Below, piece after piece: positions 1 to 11,231 of a stretch of 64,000 bases of DNA. Position numbers and translations under genes: made by a program. Every line of letters starts with the position of its first letter. Position 1 is the first letter of the stretch. Source of the stretch: Octopus sinensis (taxonomy: Eukaryota). The stretch lies in assembly GCF_006345805.1 (NCBI RefSeq), contig NC_043025.1, forward strand, positions 12,276,001 through 12,340,000, given 5' to 3'. The notes beneath the pieces are model-generated. The model did not search any database and was not told where the DNA came from. It saw nothing but the letters and a program-made list of their open reading frames with translations.

Positions 1-625
1 AGGTGCGCCCACAACTCATCTAAAGTGTATGTATAGTACATAGGGTAATGTACAAGCGTCAGGAAAAGAACAGTGCATGAGTCATGACATACACACATGT
101 GTATGAGTATGGAAAGGGGACAATCAGGTGCAGTTTCGGCAGATTTCGGAAAGCATGAGGGCCTTAAAGGATGCAGTGTCATGGCAGTCAACAACTGACG
201 CAGGCAGTTTGTTCCATGCTTCAGCAACTCTGAGCGTGAAAAAATGTTTCCGAAAGTCATGGAAGGAGCTGTTTTCTGACTTTGTAGGCATGTCCACGTG
301 TGTTGGACATATGGAGATCAAAAAAGGTGTTCAGTGTTGTTGTTGTTGTTGGTGAGGTGGTTGATAACTTTGTGGGTGTTTACCAAGTCCATCGCCAGAC
401 GCCGGAGCTTCAGTGAATCCATGCCCAGGGAAACAAGGCGCTCAGAGTATGGTAGGTGTCTGATGGAGGGTATGCGTTTGGTTGCACGTCTCTGGACAGA
501 TTCCAGGAGGTCAATGTTCTGAGCAAGATAGGGGCTCCAAACTGATGATGTGAATTCCAAGTGTGGTCGTACCATAGCTGTATACACCTTTAATATTTTC
601 AAAGAAGGTTGCCTTAAGTACAAAA
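1..625 (-). mobile_element. CR1-clade LINE, 5'-truncated 3' fragment (RT C-terminus plus 3' UTR)
   Basis: Minus ORFs 318-623 (YTAMVRPHLEFTSSVWSPYLAQNIDLLESVQRRATKRIP) and 124-321 (FFTLRVAEAWNKLP) are CR1-type RT C-terminal motifs split by a frameshift. The 3' tail (TACACTTTAGATGAGTTGT..GCACCT) recurs at about 21050, 24820, 25160 and 38000. Confidence 0.85.
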
Positions 626-820
626 GGTGCTGACTTCAGAAAAGATGTCATCAGAACCTCAAATAATACACAAAAGCACTGGATCTGTGAAAAATGGGGC
701 CATGTTTCCCTTTCTAAGGCTGGGAATGTCAATCATAAAAGATGGCATGCAGCCTCCTCCTCATCATTTAACATCTGTTTGGAGAGCTTGCTAAGAACTG
801 GCAAGACCAGGGGCCACACG

Positions 821-1740
821 AGGATCTTGTTCCCTATTTTGGTTCGGTTTCTGGATGCCCTTTTTATCACCGGACCCCCAGTTTCCGAGCAATGTAATAC
901 TTCGCCATGGCCAGAACATATTCATACAGAATTCTGGAAATGAACAACACTGCTTGTATAACATTGACTCTCGTTTACAGCTGTCATGCAATGCCAAGAC
1001 AAAGAAACAAAATCAGGGCTGGATTAAGACCCATCAAGGCCCTAAGCACTCAAAAGATTTTGGTGCCCCCCATAAAAGATTATGTAATTAAAAATATAAA
1101 CAATAACAAGCTATAAAATAAATTTTTAGGATCTTGTTCCCTATTTTGGTTCAGTTTCTGGATGCCCTTTTTATCACCGGACCCCCAGTTTCCGAGCAAT
1201 GTAATACTTCTCCATGGCCAGATATATTCATACAGAATTCTGGAAATGAACAACACTGCTTGTATAACATTGACTCTCGTTTACAGCTGTCATGCAATGC
1301 CAAGACAAAGAAACAAAATCAGGGCTGGATTAAGACCCATCAAGGCCCTAAGCACTCAAAAGATTTTGGTGCCCCCCATAAAAGATTATGTAATTCAAAA
1401 TATAAACAATAACAAGCTATAAAATAAATTTTTAGGATCTTGTTCCCTATTTTGGTTCAGTTTCTGGATGCCCTTTTTATCACCGGACCCCCAGTTTCCG
1501 AGCAATGTAATACTTCTCCATGGCCAGATATATTCATACAGAATTCTGGAAATGAACAACACTGCTTGTATAACATTGACTCTCGTTTACAGCTGTCATG
1601 CAATGCCAAGACAAAGAAACAAAATCAGGGCTGGATTAAGACCCATTGAGGCCCTAAGCACTTAGAAGATTTTGGTGCCCCCCATAAAAGATTATGTGAT
1701 TCAAAATATAAACAATAACAAACTGTAAAATAAATTTTTA
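821..1740. repeat. Three tandem copies of a ~306-bp unit, downstream of the ZNF1 stop codon
   Basis: AGGATCTTGTTCCCTATTTTGGTTC starts at 821, 1128 and 1434; the copies are nearly identical. Confidence 0.95.
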
Positions 1741-2048
1741 TTTTTCAAAACGAAACAAAAACAGTAAAAGAGGAAAAATAATGTTTATTTTTGTTTAATT
1801 CCATTTTATTTAGATTTGAAAAGTTTTATTGTTTTATATTTTTGTTTTATGTTTGTTTTATATTTTTGTTTTGTTTTTTGTTCATATTTTATTGTTTTAT
1901 GTTTATGTTTTATATTTTTGTTTTATTGTTATATTTTTATGTTGCTTTTTATTTATGATTTGATTTTGATTTGATTTGATTTTTCCAGTTTCAGCTAATG
2001 AGCTGTGGCCATGCTGGGGCACCGCCATTTATGTTTTATATTTTTGTT

Positions 2049-4802
2049 TTATGTTTGTTTTATTGCCTTATATTTTCGTTTTATCGTTTTATTTCTATGT
2101 TTTACCTTTGTATGAACTTGCTTGTGTTTCGTCAAGCTGGTTTTCTTGTTGAACGACTTACCACAGAGGTCACAGTGGTGTGGCTTCTCCCCGGTATGAA
2201 GGAATATATGGGTAGTTAATCCGCTACGGAAAGAGAAGGATTTACCACAGATAATACATCGATACGGTTTCACTTTCGTGTGAACACGTTTGTGCTTAGT
2301 CAAGTTGCTCCCGTCGGAGAAGGATTTCCCGCAAACATCACACCTGTACGGTTTCTCACCTGTGTGAGTATACCTGTGCGTCGTTAAACAACTGTTGTAA
2401 GCGAAAGACTTGCCGCAAATGTCACAACGATATGGTTTCTCTGTTTGAAGACGTTCGCTCGTAGAGAAAGATTCACCTGAGACATCACCTTGATGTTGCT
2501 CGTCTCTTGTATGCATTTGTTTGTGCCTAATTAACGAACTACATTCAGAGAAACGGTCACCACAGATATCGCAACTGTAGGGTCTCTCACCTGTATGAAT
2601 GCGCCTGTGGTTAATTAGGCTGGTTTTCTGAGTAAACGCTTTGTTACAGAATTCACAACGATATGGCTTCTCACCTGTATGGATGCTTTTGTGTTGAGTC
2701 AATTTACTTTTCGACCGGCACATTCTACCGCAGATCTCACAGCGGTAGGTCGACCCTTTATGGGTGCGCTTGTGTCTATGTAAGAAAATCCTTTGAGAAA
2801 AGAACTTACCGCAGACATCACAATCATGTGGTTTCAGTTCGGTTAACTCGTTACCTACGGACGATGATTGACCACTGATGTTCGGTTCCTCTTCGACATG
2901 AGTGCGTTTGTGTCTAGTTAAGTTACTCATCTGAGCAAATGCTTTCTCACAGATATCACAATGAAATGGTTTCTCTCCCGTATGAATGCGGTTGTGTATA
3001 GCTAAGCTTCCCTTCGAATGGCACACTTTACCACAGATATCACAGGAATATAGCTTCTTTTTTGGACGAACCCGTTTCTGTTTTGTGGCGACTGCGCTTA
3101 CAGATGATGATTTAGCACCTTTAAGGGGTTCCTTTTTTCTGTGAGTGCGTTCATGTATAACTAAACAGTTTCTCCAAGCGAATGATCTACTACAGACATC
3201 ACACTTGTATGGCTTCTCACCTGTATGAATACGTTTATGTAATCTTAAATATTTGCTGCCTTTAACTGATTTATCACAGATATCACAACGATATCGCATC
3301 GTCTGACTACGATTAAGTCTACCAAACATACGTTTTTTCTGTTTTGCATTAGTGTTCACGCGTGCGGTTAAGTTACTTGTCGAAGAGAGCGATTTCTTGC
3401 AGATATCACAGCAACACGGCTTCTCTCTTGTACAAACGGGTCTCTCCTGTGTCGAGTCGTTACTAGCAGTGTGCGCTTCCTCTTTTCGGTGATTGCGTCG
3501 TTTATGCGTAACCAAGTAACCGCTCGAAGAGAACAACATGTCGCAGACATCACAGCGAAATGGTTTCTCTCCTGTATGAAGGCGCATATGGATGGCCAAG
3601 CTTTTCTTCCAAGCGAACAATTTGCCGCAGATTTCACAGAGAATCGACTTCTCTCCCGAATGAGTGCATCTGTGATGAGACAAGTGAGCGTTGTTAGAGA
3701 ACCATTTACTGCAGACGTCGCACTGGAATGGTTTCTCACCTGTATGCGTGCGCTTGTGATAAGTCAGGGAATACCTTTGAGAGAACGCTCTGCCACAGAT
3801 TTCACAACGATACGGCTTCTCTCCTGTATGGCTACGTTGATGCACCTTCAAACGACTTCTTATCTTAAATGATTTACCACAGGTATCGCAGGTATGCGGC
3901 AGTTTACCTGTACAAATGCGTTTCTCTTGGATCGAGTCAGTACTTACAGATAACGATTGATCACCGTTAATCAGTTCCTCTTTTCCATGAATGCGTTTGT
4001 GTCTAATTAAGCAATATTTCCAAAAGAACGGCTTCCCGCAGATATCACAGCGAAATGGTTTCTCTCCTGAATGAATGCGTCTGTGTATAGCCAAGCTTTT
4101 TTTCCAAGAGAAAAATTTGCCACAGATGTTACACGGAAAAGGTTTCTCTCCAGTATGAGTGCGTCTGTGATTCTTCAAATGGTTGAGTTCTATAAACGAT
4201 CTGCCACAGATATCGCAACGATATCGCAACATTTTAGTGAGAAGAAGAAACCTGTCTGTCTCTGATCTACCAGAAACACATCCTTTCTGATTCACGTGAG
4301 TGTACGTGTGTGAAATTAAGCCAGTTTTCTGAGAGAATGATTTATCACAGATACTACACTGATGAGGTTTCACTCCTGTGTGAATAAATTTGTGTGCAAC
4401 TAGATTACTTTTCGTTCTGAATGCTTTGTTACAAATATCACATTGATATGGTTTCTGTCCTGTGTGAGTAAATTTGTGTATAGCTACACTACTTGCCCTG
4501 GTGAATGATTTACCGCAGATATCACAATGAAAAGGCTTCTCTCCTGTATGGCTGTAAATGTGCGTAGTTAAAAGATCTCTCTGAGAAAAAGACTTACCAC
4601 AGATATTACATCTATGCGGTTTTTCAGCTGTATGAATCCATTTGTGAGCATTAAGTTTACTTTTACAAGACAGGACCTTTTTACAGATATCACATTGGTG
4701 AGGGGCTTTTCCAATAACAATTGGGGCCTCATCAGTAACCCCAGTTCTCTTAGGTTCCGATTCACATTTACCATTGTCTTCGCACGATTCAGTCTCCAGC
4801 AT
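2049..4802 (-). CDS. C2H2 zinc-finger protein (ZNF1), 917 aa, single coding exon, about 25 intact fingers in blocks separated by eroded fingers
   Basis: Uninterrupted ATG-to-stop ORF with CxxC-x12-HxxxH fingers and TGEKP linkers. No KRAB or other N-terminal domain is visible. The N-terminus MLETESCEDNGKCESE resembles that of ZNF2. Confidence 0.95.
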   Translation of the reverse strand: MLETESCEDNGKCESEPKRTGVTDEAPIVIGKAPHQCDICKKVLSCKSKLNAHKWIHTAEKPHRCNICGKSFSQRDLLTTHIYSHTGEKPFHCDICGKSFTRASSVAIHKFTHTGQKPYQCDICNKAFRTKSNLVAHKFIHTGVKPHQCSICDKSFSQKTGLISHTYTHVNQKGCVSGRSETDRFLLLTKMLRYRCDICGRSFIELNHLKNHRRTHTGEKPFPCNICGKFFSWKKSLAIHRRIHSGEKPFRCDICGKPFFWKYCLIRHKRIHGKEELINGDQSLSVSTDSIQEKRICTGKLPHTCDTCGKSFKIRSRLKVHQRSHTGEKPYRCEICGRAFSQRYSLTYHKRTHTGEKPFQCDVCSKWFSNNAHLSHHRCTHSGEKSILCEICGKLFAWKKSLAIHMRLHTGEKPFRCDVCDMLFSSSGYLVTHKRRNHRKEEAHTASNDSTQERPVCTREKPCCCDICKKSLSSTSNLTARVNTNAKQKKRMFGRLNRSQTMRYRCDICDKSVKGSKYLRLHKRIHTGEKPYKCDVCSRSFAWRNCLVIHERTHRKKEPLKGAKSSSVSAVATKQKRVRPKKKLYSCDICGKVCHSKGSLAIHNRIHTGEKPFHCDICEKAFAQMSNLTRHKRTHVEEEPNISGQSSSVGNELTELKPHDCDVCGKFFSQRIFLHRHKRTHKGSTYRCEICGRMCRSKSKLTQHKSIHTGEKPYRCEFCNKAFTQKTSLINHRRIHTGERPYSCDICGDRFSECSSLIRHKQMHTRDEQHQGDVSGESFSTSERLQTEKPYRCDICGKSFAYNSCLTTHRYTHTGEKPYRCDVCGKSFSDGSNLTKHKRVHTKVKPYRCIICGKSFSFRSGLTTHIFLHTGEKPHHCDLCGKSFNKKTSLTKHKQVHTKVKHRNKTIKRKYKAIKQT

Positions 4803-4821
4803 TTTTCTTCTCTCTCTACGA

Positions 4822-5228
4822 CAGTGGTTTTCAACCAGGGTTCCGCCAGTACAGTCCAGGGGTTCCGCAAGAAGTTACAAAAATCGACAGTAATTTTTAT
4901 TTCTCCTGTGCAAATATGTGTGCATAAAACTATTAAATTATTGCACCGGGGTTCCTCAAGCCAGTGGAATGTTTCCTTTTTAAAAGTTGTCAGATCTTTT
5001 GTCTACAAAGTTTTTAAGGAGCTAGAGCAGTGGTTTTCAACCAGGGTTCCGCCAGTACAGTCCAGGGGTTCCGCAAGAAGTTACAAAAATGCTAAAATCG
5101 ACAGTAATTTTTATTTCTCCTGTGCAGATATGTGTGCATAAGACTATTAAATTATTGCACAGGGGTTCTTCGAGCTAGAGGAATGTTTCCTTGGGGTTCC
5201 GCTCCAGCAAAAAGGTTGAAAAGCACTG
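4822..5228 (+). mobile_element. hAT (Buster/SPIN-like) MITE, composite with a second internal left end at 5028
   Basis: TIRs CAGTGGTTTTCAACC / GGTTGAAAAGCACTG; perfect 8-bp TSD CTCTACGA at 4814-4821 and 5229-5236 (nnnTAnnn target). Confidence 0.9.
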
Positions 5229-5586
5229 CTCTACGATATACAGACGCTTTTCTTTCTTTCGGTTTTAAATTTTAGCCCCTAACAAATACTTATTCTATTT
5301 CAATGAACCTTGAAAAATCTTTGACGATTCAACAAATCCTTTCGCAATTCGGGTTTAATTCGAATACTGTATCACCTTGAACATATTCCAGATGGTGAAA
5401 TGGAGAAGTTTTACGGACCGGTTTCAGCCGGATAAAATATTTCACAGGAATTCTATCAAAGATTTATATTTTTTTTAAAAAAAGGGTCATAGTTGTTTTT
5501 CTTCTAATGACACAGTTTCTTTCAATTGTGATGAATGTTTGATAAAACCCCCAAAAATATTCTCTGTTGCAGATATCACGTCGTAT

Positions 5587-5615
5587 TCTGAATAAAAAGA
5601 GAAACAATAAAAAAG
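5587..5615 (-). promoter_or_regulatory. Putative splice acceptor opening the ZNF1 terminal exon (5' UTR intron)
   Basis: The minus strand reads TTATTGTTTCTCTTTTTATTCAG|AATACG. This is inferred; there is no transcript evidence. Confidence 0.4.
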
Positions 5616-5789
5616 CCATTAGTGAAAACAAAACAAGATAAAAAAGAAAATAATAATTGCGATGCAAGAAGAGAAGATTTAATGTTTTCTGAGAGGAGTT
5701 TTTGAAATAGCGAATCCTGTGCCAGCATCTAGGATGTGGGAGGGAGCAAAAGACCCACAGACTGCGGCATCCCAGATATGTCATTTTGT

Positions 5790-6315
5790 TCGTTGCCAGC
5801 CTCGCCTGGCCCCCGTGCCGGTGACACGTAAAAGCACCATCCGTTCGTGGCTGTTTGCCAGCTCTGTCTGGCCCCCGTGCCGGTGACACGTAAAAGCACC
5901 ATCCGTTCGTGGCTGTTTGCCAGCTCTGTCTGGCCCCCGTGCCGGTGACACGTAAAAGCACCATCCGTTCGTGGCTGTTTGCCAGCTCTGTCTGGCCCCC
6001 GTGTTGGCGGCATGTAAAAGCACCATCCGTTCGTGTCCGTTGCCAGCCTCGCCTGGCCCCCGTGCTGGTGACACGTAAAAGCACCATCCGTTCGTGGCCG
6101 TTTGCCAGCTCTGTCTGGCACCTGTGCGGGTGGCACGTAAAAAGCACCCACTACACTCACGGAGTGGTTGGCGTTAGGAAGGGCATCCAGCCGTAGAAAC
6201 ACTGCCAGATCTGACTGGGCCTGATGAAGCCTTCTGGCTTGACAGACCCCAGTTGAACCGTCCAACCCATGCTAGCATGGAAAGCGGACGCTAAATGATG
6301 ATGATGATGATGATA
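5790..6315 (+). mobile_element. RTE-LINE-type 3' end / RTE-tailed SINE with internal ~61-bp tandem repeats and a (GAT)n tail
   Basis: GGCGTTAGGAAGGGCATCCAGCCGTAGAAA ... CATGCTAGCATGGAAAGCGGACGCTAAATGATGATG. The same family occurs at about 19130 (-), 36040, 39050, 43140 and 47180. Confidence 0.7.
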
Positions 6316-6363
6316 TATAAAAAAAAAAATTTTTTAATTCTACGACACTCGAAAAAAAAAAGG

Positions 6364-6900
6364 TGTAGGAGTGGCTGTGTGGTAAGTAGCTTGCTTACGA
6401 ACCACAGGGTTCCGGGTTCAGTCCCACTGCGTAGCACCTTGGGCAAGTATCTTCTGCTATAGCCTCGGGCCGACCAAAGCCTTGTGAGTGGATTTAGTAG
6501 ACGGAAACTGAAAGAAGCCCGTCGTATATATGTATATATATATGTGTGTGTGTGTATGTGTGTTTGTGTTTGTCCCCCCCCCCCAACATCACTTGACAAC
6601 CGATGCTGGTGTGTTTACGTCCCCGTAAATGATTGGTTCGGCAAAAGAGACCGATAGAATAAGTACTAGGGGTTAAACTAAAGCGTTACACCATTCAAAA
6701 GAAACAAAAAAATGTGTGTAATAGGTGTAAAACAACTTCCTATGAACGAATATGAAAAAAAAAAAAATGCGCGCACGCGAAAGGGGAGTACTAGGCTTAC
6801 AAAGAATAAGTCCTGGGGTCGATTTTGCTCGACTAAAAGGCGGTGCTCCAGCATGGCCACAGTCAAATGACTGAAACAAGTAAAAGAGTAAAAGAGGGGA
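6364..6900 (+). mobile_element. tRNA-derived SINE (family A) carrying a 116-bp insert flanked by AGTACTAGG repeats
   Basis: Head GGAGTGGCTGTGTGG...GGTTCAGTCCC (A/B boxes), internal (TA)n(TG)n and a (GTAAAAGA)n tail; direct repeats at 6662-6670 and 6787-6795. Confidence 0.85.
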
Positions 6901-6998
6901 AGGCAAAAAAAAAAACCATCCATCAATCAAGGGGAGAGAATCGCTGAAAGAGAGATTTCATTTTTTTACAAATTTATTTGATTTTGAACCCGGAAATA

Positions 6999-8268
6999 CG
7001 AGGGACGTTCAATAAGTAATGCCTCTGACCCATTTGCAGTTGTTTGATCTAGCTGAAATTTTGCATGTGCAATCATTTATATCTCTATAGAGTAAGTGGC
7101 AAATTACAGCTCTGAATTAATTGTGGTTTCTGATTTACAGGTGTTTGAACCGAGTCAAGTGTGAAATGGAGCCTGTTGAGTGTCGAGCAGTGATCCGGTT
7201 TTTGTATTTGAAAGGACGCACACCACGGGAGACTTTTGATGAAATGAAAGTAACTTATGGTGATGATGCCCCATCATATGACCTTGTAAAACGCTGGCAT
7301 CGTGAATTCAAACATGGTCGGAACTCTGTGGAAACAGCTCCCAGATCTGGTCGCCCCCTTCTGCCATTGATGAGGCATCTGTCCATCAAGTTGAGGCTGC
7401 ACTTTTGGAAGATCGACGCATAATTATTCGCCAAATAGCCCATGAGGTCAAGATTAGTACCGGGTCTGTGGAAACTATCATTCATGACCATTTGCATATG
7501 CAAAAGGTGTCTGCCAGATGGATTCCCAGGTTGCTCACGCCTTTCCAGAAGCAAGAACGCGTTGAGTGCTCGAGGATGAATTTGGAGATGTGCCAAGAAG
7601 ATGAGTCAAAATTTTTCAAAAGACTGATTACACAGGATGAAACTTGGGTCCATCACGATGATCCATAGACCAAAGCCCAGTCAATGCAGTGGAAGCACCG
7701 TGACTCACCCCCTCCAAAGAAGGCAAGGGTGCAGCCCTCCGTTGGCAAGGTCATGCTCACAGTCTTCTGGGACCAGGACGGAGTAGTGATGACAGATTTC
7801 CTGGCAAAGGGTACCTCAATTGCAGGAGCCTATTATGCTTCACTTTTGAGGAAATTAAGAGAAGTTATCAAAATCAAGAGGCGGGGCAAGATCAGCAAAG
7901 GCATCCTCCTCCTGCAGGACAACGCTCCGGTCCACAACTCGCGTATCGCCATATCAAAAGCACAGGCGTGCGGCTATGAACTCCTCTCCTTGCACCCTCT
8001 GATTTTCACCTCTTCCCACCCGTGAAGTTGTTTTTGAAAGGAAAGCGTTTACCAGATGATGCAGCCTTGCTTTCTGAAGTCACGTTGTGGTTGGAGGACC
8101 AAGCTGGGGTCTTCTACAAAAACGGTCTCCAGAGCTGCATCAAACGATGGGAGAAATGCGTAACTCTGGGTGGTTCCTATGTAGAAAAAGACTAATACCT
8201 GTGCCAAGTTTCGTTGCTCTACTGCTATGGGAAGTGGGTCAGGGGCATTACTTATTGAACGCCCCTCG
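6999..8268 (+). mobile_element. Mariner DNA transposon, near full length (1270 bp), irritans/Hsmar2-like, inactive
   Basis: TA TSDs at 6997-6998 and 8269-8270; TIRs CGAGGGACGTTCAATAAGTAATGCC / GGCATTACTTATTGAACGCCCCTCG; internal transposase fragments. Confidence 0.95.
7166..8195 (+). pseudogene. Mariner transposase pseudogene
   Basis: MEPVECRAVIRFL...RSGRP; frameshift at about 7355; WIPRLL; ITQDETWVHH; in-frame TAG at 7666-7668; KVMLTVFWD; LLQDNAPVH; YSPDL motif deleted; ends YVEKD* at 8195. Confidence 0.92.
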
Positions 8269-8336
8269 TATATCCCCACTTTTTTTTTTTTCCGAACCGA
8301 AATAAGGGATTTGCAGAATATTAGGCCAGGGTACTT

Positions 8337-8745
8337 GATTACACACAAAAATTCCGATCATTTTTTTCTTAGTGAAAATCGTACGAGTGTTAATATAAAA
8401 AAATTACTGGAATGTTTCGAAGGAAGGGCGTAAGGCCAGAACGGAATATAATTCCAGGACAAAAGGGCTTAATAATATTATTTATAAGGGCGTATTTATT
8501 TTCTTGAAGGGGGAACATGCCCCTCAGGTCTCTTGATTACACCCAAAAATTCCAAATTTCTTTTTCTTAGTGAAAACCGTGCGTGTGTTAATATAAAAAA
8601 TTACCGGAATGTTTCGAAGGAAGGGCGTAAGGCCAGAACGGAATATAATTCCAGGACCAAAGGGCTTAATAACTATTTAAAAGGGCGTATTTATTTTCTT
8701 GAAGGGGGAACATGCCCATCAGGTCTCCCCTTGGATCTGCCCGTG
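8337..8745. repeat. Two tandem ~196-bp copies of an unclassified repeat
   Basis: GATTACAC..AAAAATTCC...GAAGGGGGAACATGCCC occurs twice (about 8337 and 8535). Confidence 0.8.
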
Positions 8746-9139
8746 GAAGGTGTATCTGCTTCTAGGAGCTCCAGTGGCCACATGGGGGGGGGGTCTCGAG
8801 GCGTGAGGCGAATACATCCCTAATTATTATAGTTGGCCAACCCTTCTCCCACACAACGTTCCCATATGACATAGGAGGGGATAAATAAAGTCGTGTACAG
8901 CTGGTGACAGTGTCTGACATGAGGGAGACTTGGGCTTCCAAAAAGACGAGATGGTCGTGTCTTAATAAAGGCTGGACGAACGCCGTTTAAACACCTTCAG
9001 AAAGACGTACATTTTCCAACGACCGAATGGACTCAGGGATTATCTTTTATTTATTTTAATTATTAGACTTCGACCTTTAAGAACATTTAGTTAAATGAAT
9101 CGGACCCAGGAAGGTTTAAAGTTTTCTTCTTTTTTATAG

Positions 9140-9307
9140 GCGCAGGAGTGGCTGTGTGGTAAGTAGCTTGCTAAGCAACCACATGGTTCCGGGTTCAGTC
9201 CCACTGCGTGGCATCTTGGGCAAGTGTCTTCTGCTATAGCCCGGGGCCGACCAATGCCTCGTGAGTGGATTTGGTAGACGGAAACTGAAAGAAGCCTGTC
9301 GTGTATG

Positions 9308-9405
<98 letters not shown>

Positions 9406-9627
9406 ATTTGTTTGTGTGTCTGTGTTTGTCCCCCTAGCATTGCTTGACAACCGATGCTGGTGTGTTTACGCCCCCGTCACTTAGCGGTTCGGCAAAAAGA
9501 GAGACCGATAGAATAAGTACTAGGCTTACAAAGAATAAGTCCTGGGGTCGAGTTGCTCGACTAAAAGGCGGTGCTCCAGCATGGCCGCAATCAAATGACT
9601 GAAACAAGTAAAAGAGTAAAAGAGTAA
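9140..9627 (+). mobile_element. tRNA-derived SINE family A, full length
   Basis: GGCGCAGGAGTGGCTGTGTGG head, internal microsatellite and GAAACAAGTAAAAGAGTAAAAGAGT tail. Confidence 0.9.
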
Positions 9628-9927
9628 ACCCGGTACTTATTCTATCGGTCTCAGTTTTCGCCTACCAAATTCATTAACAAGGCTTTGGTCGGCCCGAAGC
9701 TATAGAAGACACTTGCCCAAGGTGCCACGCAGTGGGACTGATCCTAGAACAATGTGGTTGGGAAGCAAAGCTTGTTACCCCAAAACCTTTGAATTTTCTA
9801 TTTCGCGGTCGAAACTACGGGACACCTATCAAATGTATATTCCACATTATAAAACAATTAAGAGAAATTTTAGAGAATTATTTACCTATTTTGATGAAAT
9901 TTAATCACTCGTTTTGACGATCTGGAG

Positions 9928-10222
9928 CAGTGGTTTTCAACCAGGGTTCCGCCAGTACAGTTTTAGGGGTTCCGCAAGAAGTTACAAAACTGCTAAAATC
10001 GGCAGTAATTTTTAATTCTCCTGTGCAGATATGTGTGTATAAGACTATTAAATTATTGCACAGGGGTTCCTCGAGCCAGTGGAATGTTCCCTTGGGGTTC
10101 CTTGAGCCAGTGGAATATTTCCTTGGGGTTCCTTGAGCCAGTGGAATGTTTCCTAGGGGTTCCTTGAGCCAGTGGAATGTTTCCTTGGGGTTCCGCTCCA
10201 GCAAAAAGTTTGAAAAGCACAG
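9928..10222 (+). mobile_element. hAT (Buster-like) MITE with internal ~29-bp tandem repeats
   Basis: Same TIRs as 4822-5228; perfect 8-bp TSD ATCTGGAG at 9920-9927 and 10223-10230. Confidence 0.9.
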
Positions 10223-10620
10223 ATCTGGAGGAACCACGCCCTCCACTCAGAAGTGTTCGCCACGGGTTGTAGAAAACTGAGTTATGCGTCCTGTCATGGC
10301 CAACCGAATGATTTTTTTTTGTTGTATATTTGAATATCAAGCGAAAAGTGATGGAAAGTAATTTATTTTCTCATTCGTTTGTGATTAAATAAAATTCACG
10401 CGGTTTTTGTGTCTTGTAAAACTGGTCGAGAGACGGCATTTAGCAATGAAGCTTGTAGTGGAATGAAATAGTAAGTGACCCCGACGTCGAATAATGTGGC
10501 CCACAACGAGTTAACCACGAGGATTTAGACACCTTAATACGAAATAACTATTAAACGAAAAGCAATTAAGTTTATCGGACTTGACGAACGTACCAAGTAG
10601 GCGGTATTTTTGACAATTTC

Positions 10621-10640
10621 ACTTACGTCAATGACAAGAA
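10621..10640 (-). promoter_or_regulatory. Candidate splice donor of a non-coding first exon of ZNF1
   Basis: The minus strand reads TTGAC|GTAAGT at 10627/10626 in a CpG-containing, non-repeat patch. This is inference only. Confidence 0.3.
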
Positions 10641-10717
10641 CGTCACGAATTAAATGTCCTTGACATATTTTAATATTTCCTGAAACTTTAATCAAGTGGT
10701 TCTTGAGGAGAACACCC

Positions 10718-11231
10718 GGATCTTTTCGGTTTGAACGACAGTTTTTTGAAATAATTTCCACTTAACTTCCACTTAATTTCCACTTTTAAACTTCGTATAC
10801 TGGTAGAATGTGTTTTTTAAAACATGTTTTTCTCTTGGCTTTATTGAGAAAATTCTATAGTTTGTAAGATATTTGTTGTTTTTTTCTTCAATTTCTGCAA
10901 TTTCAACCAATCTATGACGTCTATTGAGGTAAAAAACATTCTGTGAAAAACAGATACCCTTCCCCTAACCCCTAACTCTAAACGTAACCCTAAAACAGAT
11001 TGAAATGCAATAGATCGATACTAGGGTCATAATTATGGGTGACAATTTCATATGACACCGCCAGAAAAAACTGCCGTTCAAACCGAAAAGATCCGAAAAA
11101 AGATACCCTTCCCCCTAACCCTAACCCTAAAACAGATTGAAATGCAATAGATCGATACTAGGGTCATAATTATGGGTGACAATTTCATATGACACCGCTA
11201 GAAAAAACTGCCGTTCAAACCGAAAAGATCC
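10718..11231 (+). mobile_element. MITE with ~30-bp TIRs, a duplicated right end and telomere-like (TAACCC) repeats
   Basis: GGATCTTTTCGGTTTGAACGACAGTTTTTT ... AAAAAACTGCCGTTCAAACCGAAAAGATCC (ends at 11094 and 11231). Partial copies occur at about 13712 and 16565-16725. Confidence 0.75.

Noticed and set aside
2663-4265. Short ORFs overlapping ZNF1 (2663-2878, 3368-3739, 3471-3872, 4071-4265)
   Set aside because: Antisense or alternate-frame shadows of the periodic finger codons; no independent motifs.
5464-6265. Repetitive 178-227 aa ORFs and a regularly spaced repeat that looks like a CRISPR array
   Set aside because: The ~61-bp units are contiguous tandem repeats without unique spacers, lie inside a recurrent RTE-tailed element, and there are no cas genes in this eukaryotic DNA.
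7255-8348. Minus-strand ORFs over the mariner (7255-7596, 8049-8348)
   Set aside because: Antisense shadows of the transposase pseudogene.
10960-11125. TAACCC telomere-like repeats
   Set aside because: A few degenerate units inside a MITE; not evidence of a chromosome end or fusion.
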